Shown here one piece after another: positions 40,026-50,400 of a stretch of 64,000 nucleotides of DNA; position 1 is the first letter of the stretch; every line of letters begins with the position of its first letter. The notes below the pieces were generated by a model. The model was given only the letters and a program-made list of their open reading frames with translations, was not told the DNA's origin and searched no databases. The DNA is taken from NCBI GenBank assembly GCA_050015455.1, contig JBEKBJ010000009.1, positions 8,508 through 72,507 of the forward strand. Reading direction: 5' to 3'. The position numbers were made by a program, and so were the translations under genes. The DNA is from Candidatus Binatia bacterium. GTDB taxonomy: Bacteria > Desulfobacterota > Binatia > HRBIN30.

Positions 40026-41627
40026 TCACAGCTTGTACTCGAGCCGGACGAAGCCTTCGTCGTTGCGCCGATATTGACCGATTAACGAACCGGCGCGTCC
40101 CGCAATGAACAAGTAACCGACCTGGGCATTCAAGTTGTCTGTAAGGCGGTACAGAAGCGTGGGGCGGATGAGCGTGTAATCGCTTTCAATTGCATGCATG
40201 CCGATCAGCTGCGTTTGCAATCGGTCCGCCAGAAAGCTCTTGCGCAAGTTGGCAAGCAGCCGCGTCTCGACGTTTTTGATCAATAGGTCCACGTCGTTGT
40301 GCAATACATCGGTTTGGTTCACCTGCAGGAGCAGGAGGTAGCCTTCGTAGACGTAATCGACCCCGAGGCCCCACTCGGCGGCGGAATGGATGACGGTGGC
40401 GGGAGGCAGCAGCACTGTTGCCTGGCCGGCGCCCTGGGTGAGTGCCGTCAAGGCATTCTTGATTTCGCCGGCGAGGGCTTGCGGATTCGTCACCAAGTCC
40501 CGCAGGTCGCGGGGGAAGGGGCGCCCGCTGACAAAAGCCCCCTCCCCGCGCACGGTGAAGCGATCAAACGCGTATGCGAAGTCCGCCCCCCATGAGTCGA
40601 TCCGGTGGAATTCGGGCGACAGGGTCGTGGCGCCGGACAAATCCTTCACGTGAAACGGATTGGCAAGGCTCGGATCGGGCTGGCCGAAAACCTGCGCCGT
40701 CAAATTGAACCCCGGCTCGATGTCGAAGCCGTGAAAGTAATACAGCGCCAGATCGACGTCGCGGATGAGCGCCGAGTAACGCACACCGACCGTGCTGTCA
40801 TTCAGACGCGTCGCCGGCGGCGCCACGTTGCGCACGCGGAAAGCGAGCGGCACATTGAACCCCGGACTGGGGCTCCCGTCGGGCAGAGTGATGAGGCCCG
40901 GCGGCACGAAGAAGTTGGGCGTCGGCACACCCGCCGGGGGAAACCAGCGTTCCGCATCGCAATGCGAGGCGTTGCCCTGGACATCACACGTCGCCAAAGG
41001 GAACCGAGGCGGCACATACTTCGGCACCCAAACGACGGTCAGACGGCTCTCCGGCGGGATGGCGGCGGTCTCCGGCAGATAATACGACGCCTGCAGGGCG
41101 GGCACACCGATCCGTTCTTCGGCTTCCTCTGCTAGGAACGGATCGAAGTAGGCGATGGGGTTGATCAAATTGTTCGGCTGCGTGCGGTCGAGCTTCCCCC
41201 AAGCCACCTTCTGGATGCCGAGGCGGAGATCGACGGAAGGGAGGACCATGCTGAGGTACGCTTCGTCGAACTCCACCGCGGGTGATATGTCCTGAAAGAC
41301 GCCATTCCACGAGTAGACACCGGCGCGGTCGGCTTTCAGCGTCGGGCCGCCATTCGTCCCGACCGTCGTCGCATCGAATCGGACCCACTTGGCCAGCTCC
41401 ACACCGACGTGCAGGCGTAACTCCTCCAGAGTCCGTTCGTGCTTGGTAGCCCCGTTCTCCTCGACGACTTCCCGGACGCGCAGGGTTCCGTCAAGATCAA
41501 GCGGCCGGCCGCCGACGGTCGTTTGCATCGGCCAGACGGCCGGGGCCGCTAACATCCAAACAACCACGACCAGCACCAACCAGATTCCTATCTTCGCCGG
41601 CATCCACCCTCTGGCCATCGTGTCCAC
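40026..41627 (-). CDS. Putative outer-membrane beta-barrel protein (DUF1302-like partner of the LolA-like protein)
   Basis: A signal peptide/TM is present at the N-terminus. The 533-aa protein has alternating beta-strand-like segments and ends ...VRLEYKL. The family is a guess from gene context. Confidence 0.4.
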   Translation of the reverse strand: MDTMARGWMPAKIGIWLVLVVVVWMLAAPAVWPMQTTVGGRPLDLDGTLRVREVVEENGATKHERTLEELRLHVGVELAKWVRFDATTVGTNGGPTLKADRAGVYSWNGVFQDISPAVEFDEAYLSMVLPSVDLRLGIQKVAWGKLDRTQPNNLINPIAYFDPFLAEEAEERIGVPALQASYYLPETAAIPPESRLTVVWVPKYVPPRFPLATCDVQGNASHCDAERWFPPAGVPTPNFFVPPGLITLPDGSPSPGFNVPLAFRVRNVAPPATRLNDSTVGVRYSALIRDVDLALYYFHGFDIEPGFNLTAQVFGQPDPSLANPFHVKDLSGATTLSPEFHRIDSWGADFAYAFDRFTVRGEGAFVSGRPFPRDLRDLVTNPQALAGEIKNALTALTQGAGQATVLLPPATVIHSAAEWGLGVDYVYEGYLLLLQVNQTDVLHNDVDLLIKNVETRLLANLRKSFLADRLQTQLIGMHAIESDYTLIRPTLLYRLTDNLNAQVGYLFIAGRAGSLIGQYRRNDEGFVRLEYKL

Positions 41628-41931
41628 GGTTCTGTCATTTCCTCCTGGTCAAGGCCTACGCGCCAGGTGCGAAGTCGCCCCACCCCGTGGCGCGGGCCGC
41701 AAACGCTTTTGGGCTTGAAACGTCGGACACGCTTTGCATAACTCAGCTGTCACTGTCAAGCGGAGAAAACCGTCCGTGAGAGACGACCAGCTGTCGCCGG
41801 CTCGCGCGGAGTCCTGCGGCCACCAAGCCAGTGACAGGCAGGATGGCAGATCGCGCTACTGTACCGAGGGGAATTTCGCGCCCACGGCCTTGATCATGGA
41901 GGGCGACGCCGTCAGCGTCGATGTGACGGCG

Positions 41932-43482
41932 TCATCGTGCGAGCGATTGGAAATCGGGCGCCTCGAGCTCGGCGAGCGTCGGATTCCACAATCCCTGCTT
42001 CCGCAGGATCCGGACATTGTGGACGTGAATTATGAGGGACAGCCCCAGGACATGCCCATCCTTGCCGTGGAAGAGCTTCACCGCTTCGCGCGGCACAGAG
42101 CGGAACTCTGCCCCCAGATCTGCGTACGCTTGGAGAAGATTCTTCCAGATTAACGCAAACCGCTGTGGGTTCCAGCTGACTGCCGCCGAGGGCTCTGGGG
42201 AGTGCTTCGCCAGCACTGCCACACGCTGCAAGAAGGCATCGGGAGTATAGAGCTTATTCAGTAGCCACTGTGTTCCATATTGCAGCTCATGAACTGTCAT
42301 TTGCTTGGGAATGATATTGGTACCCGTGTATCCGTCTTCCTCATTGAGCGTCCGTAACCGGTGCTCAGCACGGAGGCGCCGTTCGAGGGGCGTGCCCTCC
42401 GGCGCCACCAACATGTTGACCAGTACCGCAGGAATGCCCGCCTGTTGAAGGAACTCCAGCTGCACGCGAAAGGAGTCCTTGGTGTCCGCATCGAAGCCGG
42501 TAATGATGCCAGCTTCAACCGAGATACCTCGTCGCTGGAAGGCGCGGATGTCAGCGATCAGATCGGGTCGCAGGTTCTGCTGCTTTCTTACCTGGCGCAG
42601 CGCTTCGTGGTTGGGCGTCTCGATCCCAATGAAAGCCTGCCTGATACCCGCTTCGGCAGCGAGGTCCAGCAGCCCGGGATCACGCGCAGCGTCGATCGAC
42701 ACCTGGGCTGCAAAGGTGACGCGTTCGGGCTTACCGCGGTTCCACTGGCGAATGGCTTCCAAGATGCCCTTGGCGTGCTTGCGGTGGGCGGTCAGGTTGT
42801 CATCCGCCAGAAAGCCCTCGCGGTAGCCGAGCTGATAGAGTTGCTCGATCTCGGCGACTACGCGCTCGGGTCTCTTGTATCGCTGCCGGCGGCCGAGGTA
42901 GACGATCACATCGCAGAACTCGCATTCGAAGGGGCAGCCGCGACTCGTCTGGACGATCCCCACCCAGTACGCTCCACGCTTGACCTTGCCCATTGCCGGG
43001 AGCGGCGAGTGGTTGAGGTCGACCGGATTCCGCTCCCGGTACTCCGACTTCCAGGAGCCGGCACGGAGATCCGATAGAAACTGAGGCCAGGTCCGTTCGG
43101 CCTCGCCGATGAAGAGAATGTCGGCATGGGGACGCACGGTACTGGATGACAGGGTGGCGTACGGGCCGCCGATGGCCACTAGGTTCCCATGCTGGCGGAA
43201 CACGTCCGCCAGCTTGAGCATACGATCCCTGTGCGTGATGTAGCCGGTGATGCCGACCACGCCCCAGCGTTCGCTCAAATACGGCTCAATGCTTTCGAGC
43301 TGCTCGTCTACGATAGTGACGTTGACATCACTGGGGGCCAAGGCCGCCAATGTAGGCAGCGCGATGTTGGGCGTGTACGCCGCACAACCGGTGATGTCGG
43401 CGGTCTCATTCATGGAGTACAGCGACGGCTTCTGGCCCGGGCTCACCAACAAAACTCGCACCGCGTACTCCTGAGTTGACAC
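41932..43482 (-). CDS. B12-binding-domain radical SAM protein (class B)
   Basis: The N-terminal cobalamin-binding Rossmann-like region (RVLLVSP...IGGPYATL) is followed by the radical-SAM motif SRGCPFECEFC. Confidence 0.8.
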   Translation of the reverse strand: MSTQEYAVRVLLVSPGQKPSLYSMNETADITGCAAYTPNIALPTLAALAPSDVNVTIVDEQLESIEPYLSERWGVVGITGYITHRDRMLKLADVFRQHGNLVAIGGPYATLSSSTVRPHADILFIGEAERTWPQFLSDLRAGSWKSEYRERNPVDLNHSPLPAMGKVKRGAYWVGIVQTSRGCPFECEFCDVIVYLGRRQRYKRPERVVAEIEQLYQLGYREGFLADDNLTAHRKHAKGILEAIRQWNRGKPERVTFAAQVSIDAARDPGLLDLAAEAGIRQAFIGIETPNHEALRQVRKQQNLRPDLIADIRAFQRRGISVEAGIITGFDADTKDSFRVQLEFLQQAGIPAVLVNMLVAPEGTPLERRLRAEHRLRTLNEEDGYTGTNIIPKQMTVHELQYGTQWLLNKLYTPDAFLQRVAVLAKHSPEPSAAVSWNPQRFALIWKNLLQAYADLGAEFRSVPREAVKLFHGKDGHVLGLSLIIHVHNVRILRKQGLWNPTLAELEAPDFQSLAR

Positions 43483-43603
43483 TGCACCTAGTGCCCCTCT
43501 GAGCCAAGATCAACGAAATCGGCGCGAGACCTCACGCTGCCGTAGCCGATTTGCCAGGCGGAACGAAGCTCAAGGGCCCGAAGATCGAGTCGCGGGAATA
43601 CCA

Positions 43604-45778
43604 TCAAGACGATGCGACCTTGCGAGCACGTGCGTAGCGGAGCGGGCGCGACTCCATCTCCGTATGTGCTTCAGGTGGAGTGGATCGACCGCCCGCGTCG
43701 CACGGCGGCAGATTGACGCAAAAGCTGCTTCCGTGGCCCTCGCGGCTGTCAACAGTGATAGAGCCACCGTGCTCGCTAACGATTTGATGAGCGATGGCCA
43801 AACCCAGACCCGTCCCCTTGCCCTTCGTGGTGAAAAAGGGGTCGAAGATGTGTTCGAGCTGGTCTGGTGGGATACCGACGCCCGTGTCTTGGATCTCAAT
43901 TTGACCGAAGGCGCCATTTTGATGATCGACGCAGCGAGTGGAGATTGCGACGACGCCGCCGGGTCGGGTCGCCTGAATCGCGTTCAGGACCAAATTGATC
44001 AACACCTGCTTGATTTGGTCGCCGTCGGCATTGACGAGCGGAACATTTGCCGAAAGCGCGCGCGTCAGGGTCAGATTGTGTTTTCGCGCTTCCGGTTCGA
44101 GCAGCGTCGCCACGCGCTCCACCAGCTCGTTGAGATTCACGGCGGCCAAGGAAGGAGTGCTGGAGCGAGCGAAGGACAGCAATTCCGTGATCAGGTCGGA
44201 GATACGTTTGACCTCATTAGCGGTCATGCCGAGGAAAGTGGTGAAGAACTCCTGGTCATGCAGTCGCTGCGGGGCCAGTTGGAAAAACGTCTGGATCGAT
44301 ACCAGCGGATTCCGCACCTCGTGCGCGATGCCGGCTGCCAGCGTGCCTAGTGCGGACAAGCGGTCCGCGCGGCGGATGATGTCTTGTGACTTCTTCAGCT
44401 CCTCGTACAGCCGTGCGTTTTCGAGCGCGACCGAAGCTTCAGCGGCGAGGGTCTCGAGCAAATCGAGGTCCTCCGCAGAGAAGGCTTCGAGGTTTCGCTT
44501 ACCGCCCAGGCCGATGAACCCAAGAAGCTTCTCACCGAGGATCAGCGGGATGCAAACCTCCCAGCCGTTACGGCGGCAGAGCTCGCTTACGGCTGTGCGC
44601 GCCGCCACGTCGGTGCCGGCCACCAGTTCCTCACGCAGCACGACTTCCCGGCTGTGTGCCAGGGAGCGCACGAACTCATCGCTTTCGGCAAACTCGGCCT
44701 GCGCCGAATTCTCACCGAGCTGGTAGCGCACCGAATATGTTTGCCTCATGTCGTCCCGCAGCCAAACGCCGACCCGGCTCACGTGCAGTGTGTAACTCAG
44801 GGTCGAGGCGATCTCGCGGATGAGCTTCTCGTGTTCCAAGATCCGAACGATGGAGCGAGCGAAACTACCGAGTGCGGTACGGTATTCGCTCTTCTCGCGG
44901 AAGAAGGTCTGCTGAATCCGGGACTGCGCTTGAATCCGAAGGACAGGGAACAGCACTGCGATGGCCACGAACATCAACAGCACGGCAAACGAGAAATCCG
45001 GTTGCACGTGGCCGAAGGCGAGCCGTTGTAACCACACCATGAGCGCGAAGGCTGGCCCGATGAGAATGCAAGCCACTGCGGCGTAGGCTACCCCTTTGCT
45101 CACGACGACATCGATGTCCATCAACCGGTGGCGCGCGATTGCGTAGGCGATGATCGCCGCGTACAGCGCGCTGCCAAAATGACCGAGTGGGTAGATCGGA
45201 ACGCCGAAGATCGGCAGGAAGTTGGTCAACCCCGTGGGAAGGACGGCGGCAGCCAACAACCAAAACCGTACTTGCAGCTTGCGCCGCGGGGAGGTCGTGG
45301 TGTGGTAGTGATGGATGAGCACGCCTAGCGCCAAGGTGCATTGGATGACCGCTGCGGCGATGAAGACGCCGTAGAGACGTGTGCCAACGGGGTAGAGGCC
45401 CCACGCGTAGTGCCGTGCGCCAGAAACGAGGAGCCCGAGCGCGTTGGCTACGATCAGCCCAGCGGAAACGGAATAGCTGCATCCGAGCAGCCAACGGGAC
45501 AGCGATTTTGGGGTACCCGCAAGCGTGAGCGCGAGGTGCAGAACGGTAGCTGGCACGAGTATCGTGCCGGGCCTGAGGATACTGCCCCACCACAACGCGC
45601 GGCTGGGGTCGGGTATGGCGTAGAATACGAAGTTGTTCAGGTTCCAGAGTGCCAGCGCCACGCCCATCAGCACGAAAACCTGATTGAGGCGTGCGCGCCG
45701 GTCACGCGCGAGCACCAGGACGCCCAGCAACAGATTGAGCACGGCGGAGATCAGCGGGACGAGCCAGTGATACTTCAT
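43604..45778 (-). CDS. Sensor histidine kinase, PrsK-like architecture (multi-TM N-terminal domain, GAF, HisKA, HATPase), paralog 1
   Basis: There are ~8 predicted TM helices in the first ~300 aa, then a GAF-like region. The H-box is AAGIAHEVRNPL, followed by the N/G1/G2 boxes (DTGVGIP...GTGLGLAI). The start ATG overlaps the stop of the upstream acyltransferase gene (ATGA). Confidence 0.75.
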   Translation of the reverse strand: MKYHWLVPLISAVLNLLLGVLVLARDRRARLNQVFVLMGVALALWNLNNFVFYAIPDPSRALWWGSILRPGTILVPATVLHLALTLAGTPKSLSRWLLGCSYSVSAGLIVANALGLLVSGARHYAWGLYPVGTRLYGVFIAAAVIQCTLALGVLIHHYHTTTSPRRKLQVRFWLLAAAVLPTGLTNFLPIFGVPIYPLGHFGSALYAAIIAYAIARHRLMDIDVVVSKGVAYAAVACILIGPAFALMVWLQRLAFGHVQPDFSFAVLLMFVAIAVLFPVLRIQAQSRIQQTFFREKSEYRTALGSFARSIVRILEHEKLIREIASTLSYTLHVSRVGVWLRDDMRQTYSVRYQLGENSAQAEFAESDEFVRSLAHSREVVLREELVAGTDVAARTAVSELCRRNGWEVCIPLILGEKLLGFIGLGGKRNLEAFSAEDLDLLETLAAEASVALENARLYEELKKSQDIIRRADRLSALGTLAAGIAHEVRNPLVSIQTFFQLAPQRLHDQEFFTTFLGMTANEVKRISDLITELLSFARSSTPSLAAVNLNELVERVATLLEPEARKHNLTLTRALSANVPLVNADGDQIKQVLINLVLNAIQATRPGGVVAISTRCVDHQNGAFGQIEIQDTGVGIPPDQLEHIFDPFFTTKGKGTGLGLAIAHQIVSEHGGSITVDSREGHGSSFCVNLPPCDAGGRSTPPEAHTEMESRPLRYARARKVASS

Positions 45779-46422
45779 CGCGCGCTCGTGTCCTCACCAG
45801 CCGGCGCAGCGAAGGCCGCGTTCAGCAGATGGTTGGCGGCGGCGTAGCGCGCCGGCAGGTCGACCATGTGCAGCCGCATCAACAAGTGCGGTACCCCACC
45901 GAAGGGCAGGTAGGGAATATTCGGCGGGGTCAGCGCCTCGAACAGAATGGACTCGTACATCTTTTGTACGGTTGGCACCGCGCAGATGAAGATATCGTCA
46001 ATGTTCTGCATCTGGCAGACATCGTAGAGGAGCCGAATCAGGCCCAGGTAAACCTGCATCGCCCGCGTGATGCGCCGAAACGGCGCAGCGATGCAAAGGC
46101 GCGTGGTTTCCCCCGGGGGGTGTCCCGGGCGGAGGAACGGCGTGAGATCGAGGCTGGTTTCCATTTCGAACGGCCGCCCCGTAGGGCCCAGCAGGCGGAT
46201 CATTCCCACCGCCTCACCGGCTTCCGACATGGCGAGCAGATGAATCGCGCGCTCGTCTATGGGCCCCCACTCTACCGCCCGTGGTCCGTAGCCGAGCTCG
46301 TCGCCGTAAACCGCTTGCCGGAGCTGCAAGATTGCCTCGCGTCGGTGTGGCCCCGCAACCTCGAAGCACAAACGCCAGGATTCCACGGGGCAAATCGTAT
46401 TATGCTCTGCTGTTGACTTCAA
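45775..46422 (-). CDS. GNAT-fold N-acyltransferase resembling N-acyl-amino-acid / autoinducer (LuxI-like) synthases ('exosortase-system-associated acyltransferase'-like)
   Basis: At 215 aa, weak LuxI/NAS-like features are visible (W..CFEV, DE.A.HLLA, IRLL). The gene is divergent from an ACP-KAS pair. It begins with TTG and the RBS is weak. Confidence 0.45.
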   Translation of the reverse strand: MKSTAEHNTICPVESWRLCFEVAGPHRREAILQLRQAVYGDELGYGPRAVEWGPIDERAIHLLAMSEAGEAVGMIRLLGPTGRPFEMETSLDLTPFLRPGHPPGETTRLCIAAPFRRITRAMQVYLGLIRLLYDVCQMQNIDDIFICAVPTVQKMYESILFEALTPPNIPYLPFGGVPHLLMRLHMVDLPARYAAANHLLNAAFAAPAGEDTSAR

Positions 46423-46466
46423 GGAGCACGTTGGACGATATTGTCACTCTCTCTTCGTCGAGAGTT

Positions 46467-46742
46467 ATGATCCAAGAACCGGCTCAACAAGCGCCCTCGA
46501 TAGAAGAAGTCAAAGCAACCCTGCGACGGCTCATCGGGGAGATCGGGGATTTGGACGCCGATTCGATCACCGATTCCTCCACGCTGGATGAAGATATTCC
46601 GCTGCCGTCGATCCAGTTCATCGAACTGCAAGTCGCCGTTGAAGACATTTTCGATATCCAGCTCGACCCGGTAGAGATCGTTGAGCGAAATACATTTGGG
46701 GCGATTGCTGCCCTAATCTGCGATAAGGTCCGTGCAAGTTGA
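46467..46742 (+). CDS. Acyl-carrier-protein-like small protein
   Basis: The 91-aa acidic protein has an ACP-like helix II region (LDEDIPLPSIQFIELQVAVEDIFDIQL) with a Ser for phosphopantetheinylation. ATG 46467 lies within the larger track ORF 46281..46742. Confidence 0.5.
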   Translation: MIQEPAQQAPSIEEVKATLRRLIGEIGDLDADSITDSSTLDEDIPLPSIQFIELQVAVEDIFDIQLDPVEIVERNTFGAIAALICDKVRAS

Positions 46743-46751
46743 CTACCGTGA

Positions 46752-48026
46752 GTGCCGTGTGATTTTGCGATGAGAGAAGGCGTACGGGCCGTGCGGCGCG
46801 TGGTGATCACTGGGATAGGCCTCATTGGACCGACCGGAGTTGGGCTTCGGGCCTTCTGGGAGTCCCTGCTGGAAGGCCATTCAGGCATTGGCCGCATCTC
46901 CCGCTTCGACCCGAGCCCGTACCAGTGTCAGATTGGCGGCGAGGTACGTGACCGGAGTTACGAAGAGCTGCTGGATCCGCGCCAGCTCCGCACCACGACG
47001 CACGCCACACAGCTGGCCCTTGGGGCGGCCGAGCTGGGGCTTCGGGACGCGCGCCTCTCACCAACTTACTACGACCCGGCCCTCATCGGGGTCAGCATCG
47101 GCACCGCAATAGGTGGTTGGCGAGATCTCGCACAGCAACACGCTATCCTGCTTGAGCGCGGCGCCCGCCGCGTCAACCCTTTCATCGCCAACGGCACCCC
47201 GAATCATACCAGCGGCGTCGAACTTGCCGGCGCGTTCGGTGCGTGCGGAGGCCACTTCACCTTTTCGTGCGGCTGTCCGTCTAGTCTCCAGGCCATCGGC
47301 CACGCGGCAACCCTCGTTGCCACAGAAGAGTTGGACGTCTGCTTGGCGGGCGGTACGGAGAGCCCACTCACCCCAATGATCTTCGCCGGCATGGGCCGCA
47401 CCCAGGAGCTGTGCACAATCAACGACGATCCGCAGCACGCCAGCCGGCCCTTCGACCGTGCCCACGCCGGCATCGTTCTCAGTGAAGGCGCCTGTATCTT
47501 GGTACTGGAGTCGGCCGAGCATGCCGCTCGACGAGGCGTGGCACCGTACGCGGAAGTCGTCGGTCACAGCTCATCCTGCGACGCCAAGGGTTTGTACAAT
47601 TTCGACCCGAGCGGCGAAACCGGCGCACGGGCGATTCACCGACTCCTCCAGCGGACCGGTGTGCCTGCAACGGAGATTCACTACGTTTGCTCACACGCGA
47701 ACTCATCCCCGGCATTCGACCGCAAAGAAACGGTCGTCATCAAGAAAGCCTTCGGCGAGTGCGCCGCGCGCCTGCCGGTCAGCTCGATCAAGGCCGTGCT
47801 AGGACACCTGTTCGGTGCCTCCGGCGCGTTCCAAGTGGCTGCGGCGGCCTTGGCCATCCGCAACCAAACTGTACCGCCGACCCACAACCTCGAAGTTCCG
47901 GACCCGAAATGCGATCTGGACTATGTGCCCCGACAGGCACGCCCGGCACACATTCGCAACGCGCTGGTCACCAGCTATGGGTACGGGGGCGTGAACTCGT
48001 ACCTGCTGGTAACAGAGACTCACTGA
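46752..48026 (+). CDS. Beta-ketoacyl-ACP synthase (KAS I/II family), paralog 1
   Basis: The N-terminal VVITGIGLIGPTG region and active-site Cys/His/His regions are collinear with FabF/FabB. The C-terminus ends GYGGVNSYLLV. Confidence 0.85.
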   Translation: MPCDFAMREGVRAVRRVVITGIGLIGPTGVGLRAFWESLLEGHSGIGRISRFDPSPYQCQIGGEVRDRSYEELLDPRQLRTTTHATQLALGAAELGLRDARLSPTYYDPALIGVSIGTAIGGWRDLAQQHAILLERGARRVNPFIANGTPNHTSGVELAGAFGACGGHFTFSCGCPSSLQAIGHAATLVATEELDVCLAGGTESPLTPMIFAGMGRTQELCTINDDPQHASRPFDRAHAGIVLSEGACILVLESAEHAARRGVAPYAEVVGHSSSCDAKGLYNFDPSGETGARAIHRLLQRTGVPATEIHYVCSHANSSPAFDRKETVVIKKAFGECAARLPVSSIKAVLGHLFGASGAFQVAAAALAIRNQTVPPTHNLEVPDPKCDLDYVPRQARPAHIRNALVTSYGYGGVNSYLLVTETH

Positions 48027-48210
48027 AGCCGGGGAAGTGGCTGCTCACAGCAGCCGCGCCGTAGCAACGTGGTGAATCTGGTTCGTGCCCTCGAAGATCT
48101 GCATCAGCTCGGCATCGCACACAAGCTTCCGCCCGCCCTTCGAACATGCTCAAGGTGAGCGGACAGCGTTGTCGTAGGGACGTGCCGGTTAGCTCCGGTG
48201 GCGCAGGATA

Positions 48211-50400
48211 CTACGAGGCGGCCTGACGGCGAAGCGCGTAGCCGAGGGGAGCCGATTCGGCGGCTGCAACTGACTGGCCTGCCAGGGCGGACACGACTTC
48301 CTCGACGTACGCCGGGAGATTGACGAAGACGGTTGTCCCCCAACCCTCGCGGCTCTCCACGGTAATGGAGCCGGCGTGTTCAGTGACGATCTGATGCGCG
48401 ATGGGCAACCCCAACCCCGTTCCCTTGGCCTTCGTAGTGAAGAAAGGGTTGAAGATCTCTTCCAAGTGCTCCGGCGCGATGCCGGCCCCGGTATCGCGGA
48501 CCTCCAACTGCACCAAATCCGCGTTGCCATTTCGCACCGTCCGGCTGCTGATCGATACCGCGCCTCCTGGCTCCGTGGCCTGAATGGCGTTGAGAATCAG
48601 GTTGATCAGCACCTGCTTGATCTGATCGCCGTCGGCGCACACGAGTGGGAGGGCCGGCGCCAACCCGCGGGTCAGCGTCAGCTTCCGGTTCTTGGCTTCC
48701 GGCTCTAGCAGCGTGACGACGCGCTCGACGGCTGCGTTGAGATCCAGCGGCCCGAACGCCGCTGTCGGCGAACGGGCAAACGACAAGAGTTCCGTGATCA
48801 GATTCGCAATCCGATTCACCTCACCGGCTGTAGTGTTCAGAAAGGTGGTGGAGAATTCGTGGTCATGCAGACGTTCCGGCGCCAACTGAAAGAAGGTCTG
48901 GATCGACACCAACGGGTTGCGGATTTCGTGGGCGATGCCGGCAGCCAAGGTGCCCAGGGCGGAGAGGCGGTCCGCGCGGCGGATTATATCCTGTGACTTC
49001 TTGAGTTCGTCATACAGACGGGCGTTTTCTAGAGCGATGGCTGCTTCCGCGGCTAGGGTGTTGAGCAACTCAAGATCACCGCTGGAGAAGAGCTCGAGGT
49101 TGCGCTTGCGTCCCAAGTTGACGAAGCCGACGAGCCTGCCGCTGATCGTCAACGGCATCGACACTTCCCAGGCGTTGACTCGGTAAGAATCGCGAATTGC
49201 GGCGAGCTCCGACGAAGCTGCTGCCGCCTCCAACTCCTCGCGGAGGACCGTCTCGGCCCGCTGCGCTAGCAAGCGCACGAGGACATCGCCCCTCGCAAAC
49301 TCTTCGGTTGTCGGGGCAATTCCCGCGCTATGCTGCAGGTGGTACGCTTGATCCGGTGCTTGCAGGAATATCGCCACCCGGTCCAACTGCAGCACCCGTA
49401 TGAGTGTATCGGCCAGCTCACGTAGCAGCTTCTCGCGGTCCAAAATGCGGACGATGGTGCTGGTGAAGCCCGCCAGGGCCGCGCGGTACTCGTGTTTTTC
49501 GCGAAAGAGAGACTGCCCAACGCGTCGCTCGGTGCGGCCGCGTAACAAAGGAAACAGGGCGGCGACCAAGAAGTACGAAACCAAGAGAGCTGTGGAAAAG
49601 TTGGCGTCAAGGTGGCCGAAGCTCTGCTTCTGGATCCAAACAATCAACGTGAAGACCGGGGCGATCAGCGCGAGGGTGCCCAGGGTGTAGCCCACACCCT
49701 TTGTTATAACGATGTCGATGTCCATGAGGCGGTGCTGAACCATGGCGTAGGCCATAAGGCCCGTAAAAGCGGCGCTGGCGAGACTTCCGAGCGGGTAGAT
49801 GGGCACGCCGTACACGGCCAGCAGGTTCGTGGCACCGAGCGGTGCCGCAATCGCCAACGCAAGAAGTAAGAAGCGGGCTTGCAGACGTACGCGGGCTGAG
49901 CCGCTATGCTGATATGCGTACGTGAGCACGCCCAGAGAGAGTATGGCGTTGCCAGCGAAAGACGCTGTGTGCAGGGAGTACAAAGGTTGCGGGCGCGGGT
50001 AATAGCCCCACTGCACCCACTCCACGCGCGAGACCAACATGTCCAATGAATTCGCGGCAACCAGCACGATCCCGATTGCGTAGCTGACCAAGAGTACCGG
50101 GCGCACCCACCGCGCCTTTGTGTCGGTAAAGACCACCGCACAGTGCAGGAACGTCGGCGGCATGAGCACCATCCCGACGCGAAACAGTCGAGACCAGAAG
50201 AACGCCTCCTCCGCCGTAGAGGCGTAGTCCAGAGAGAAGATGTCCATATTCCAGAGCACAATCGTGAGGGACATCAAGGCGAAGGTTTGGTTAACCTGGC
50301 GCTTTTTGTCGTGCTGGTAGACAAAGAGGCACAGCCACAAGTTGGCCAGTGCCGCCACGAGCGGGGCGACCCAGTGGAATTGGGGAGCCCCGTCCGTCAC
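48211..50400 (-). CDS. Sensor histidine kinase, PrsK-like, paralog 2
   Basis: Same architecture as paralog 1; the kinase core is nearly identical (KKSQDIIRRADRLSALGTLAAGIAHEIRNPLVSIQTFFQLAPERLHD). I take the start as GTG 50400, which overlaps the TGA of the upstream KAS gene (GTGA) and gives 729 aa, versus 724 aa for paralog 1. The track ORF extends to 50520. Confidence 0.75.
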   Translation of the reverse strand: MTDGAPQFHWVAPLVAALANLWLCLFVYQHDKKRQVNQTFALMSLTIVLWNMDIFSLDYASTAEEAFFWSRLFRVGMVLMPPTFLHCAVVFTDTKARWVRPVLLVSYAIGIVLVAANSLDMLVSRVEWVQWGYYPRPQPLYSLHTASFAGNAILSLGVLTYAYQHSGSARVRLQARFLLLALAIAAPLGATNLLAVYGVPIYPLGSLASAAFTGLMAYAMVQHRLMDIDIVITKGVGYTLGTLALIAPVFTLIVWIQKQSFGHLDANFSTALLVSYFLVAALFPLLRGRTERRVGQSLFREKHEYRAALAGFTSTIVRILDREKLLRELADTLIRVLQLDRVAIFLQAPDQAYHLQHSAGIAPTTEEFARGDVLVRLLAQRAETVLREELEAAAASSELAAIRDSYRVNAWEVSMPLTISGRLVGFVNLGRKRNLELFSSGDLELLNTLAAEAAIALENARLYDELKKSQDIIRRADRLSALGTLAAGIAHEIRNPLVSIQTFFQLAPERLHDHEFSTTFLNTTAGEVNRIANLITELLSFARSPTAAFGPLDLNAAVERVVTLLEPEAKNRKLTLTRGLAPALPLVCADGDQIKQVLINLILNAIQATEPGGAVSISSRTVRNGNADLVQLEVRDTGAGIAPEHLEEIFNPFFTTKAKGTGLGLPIAHQIVTEHAGSITVESREGWGTTVFVNLPAYVEEVVSALAGQSVAAAESAPLGYALRRQAAS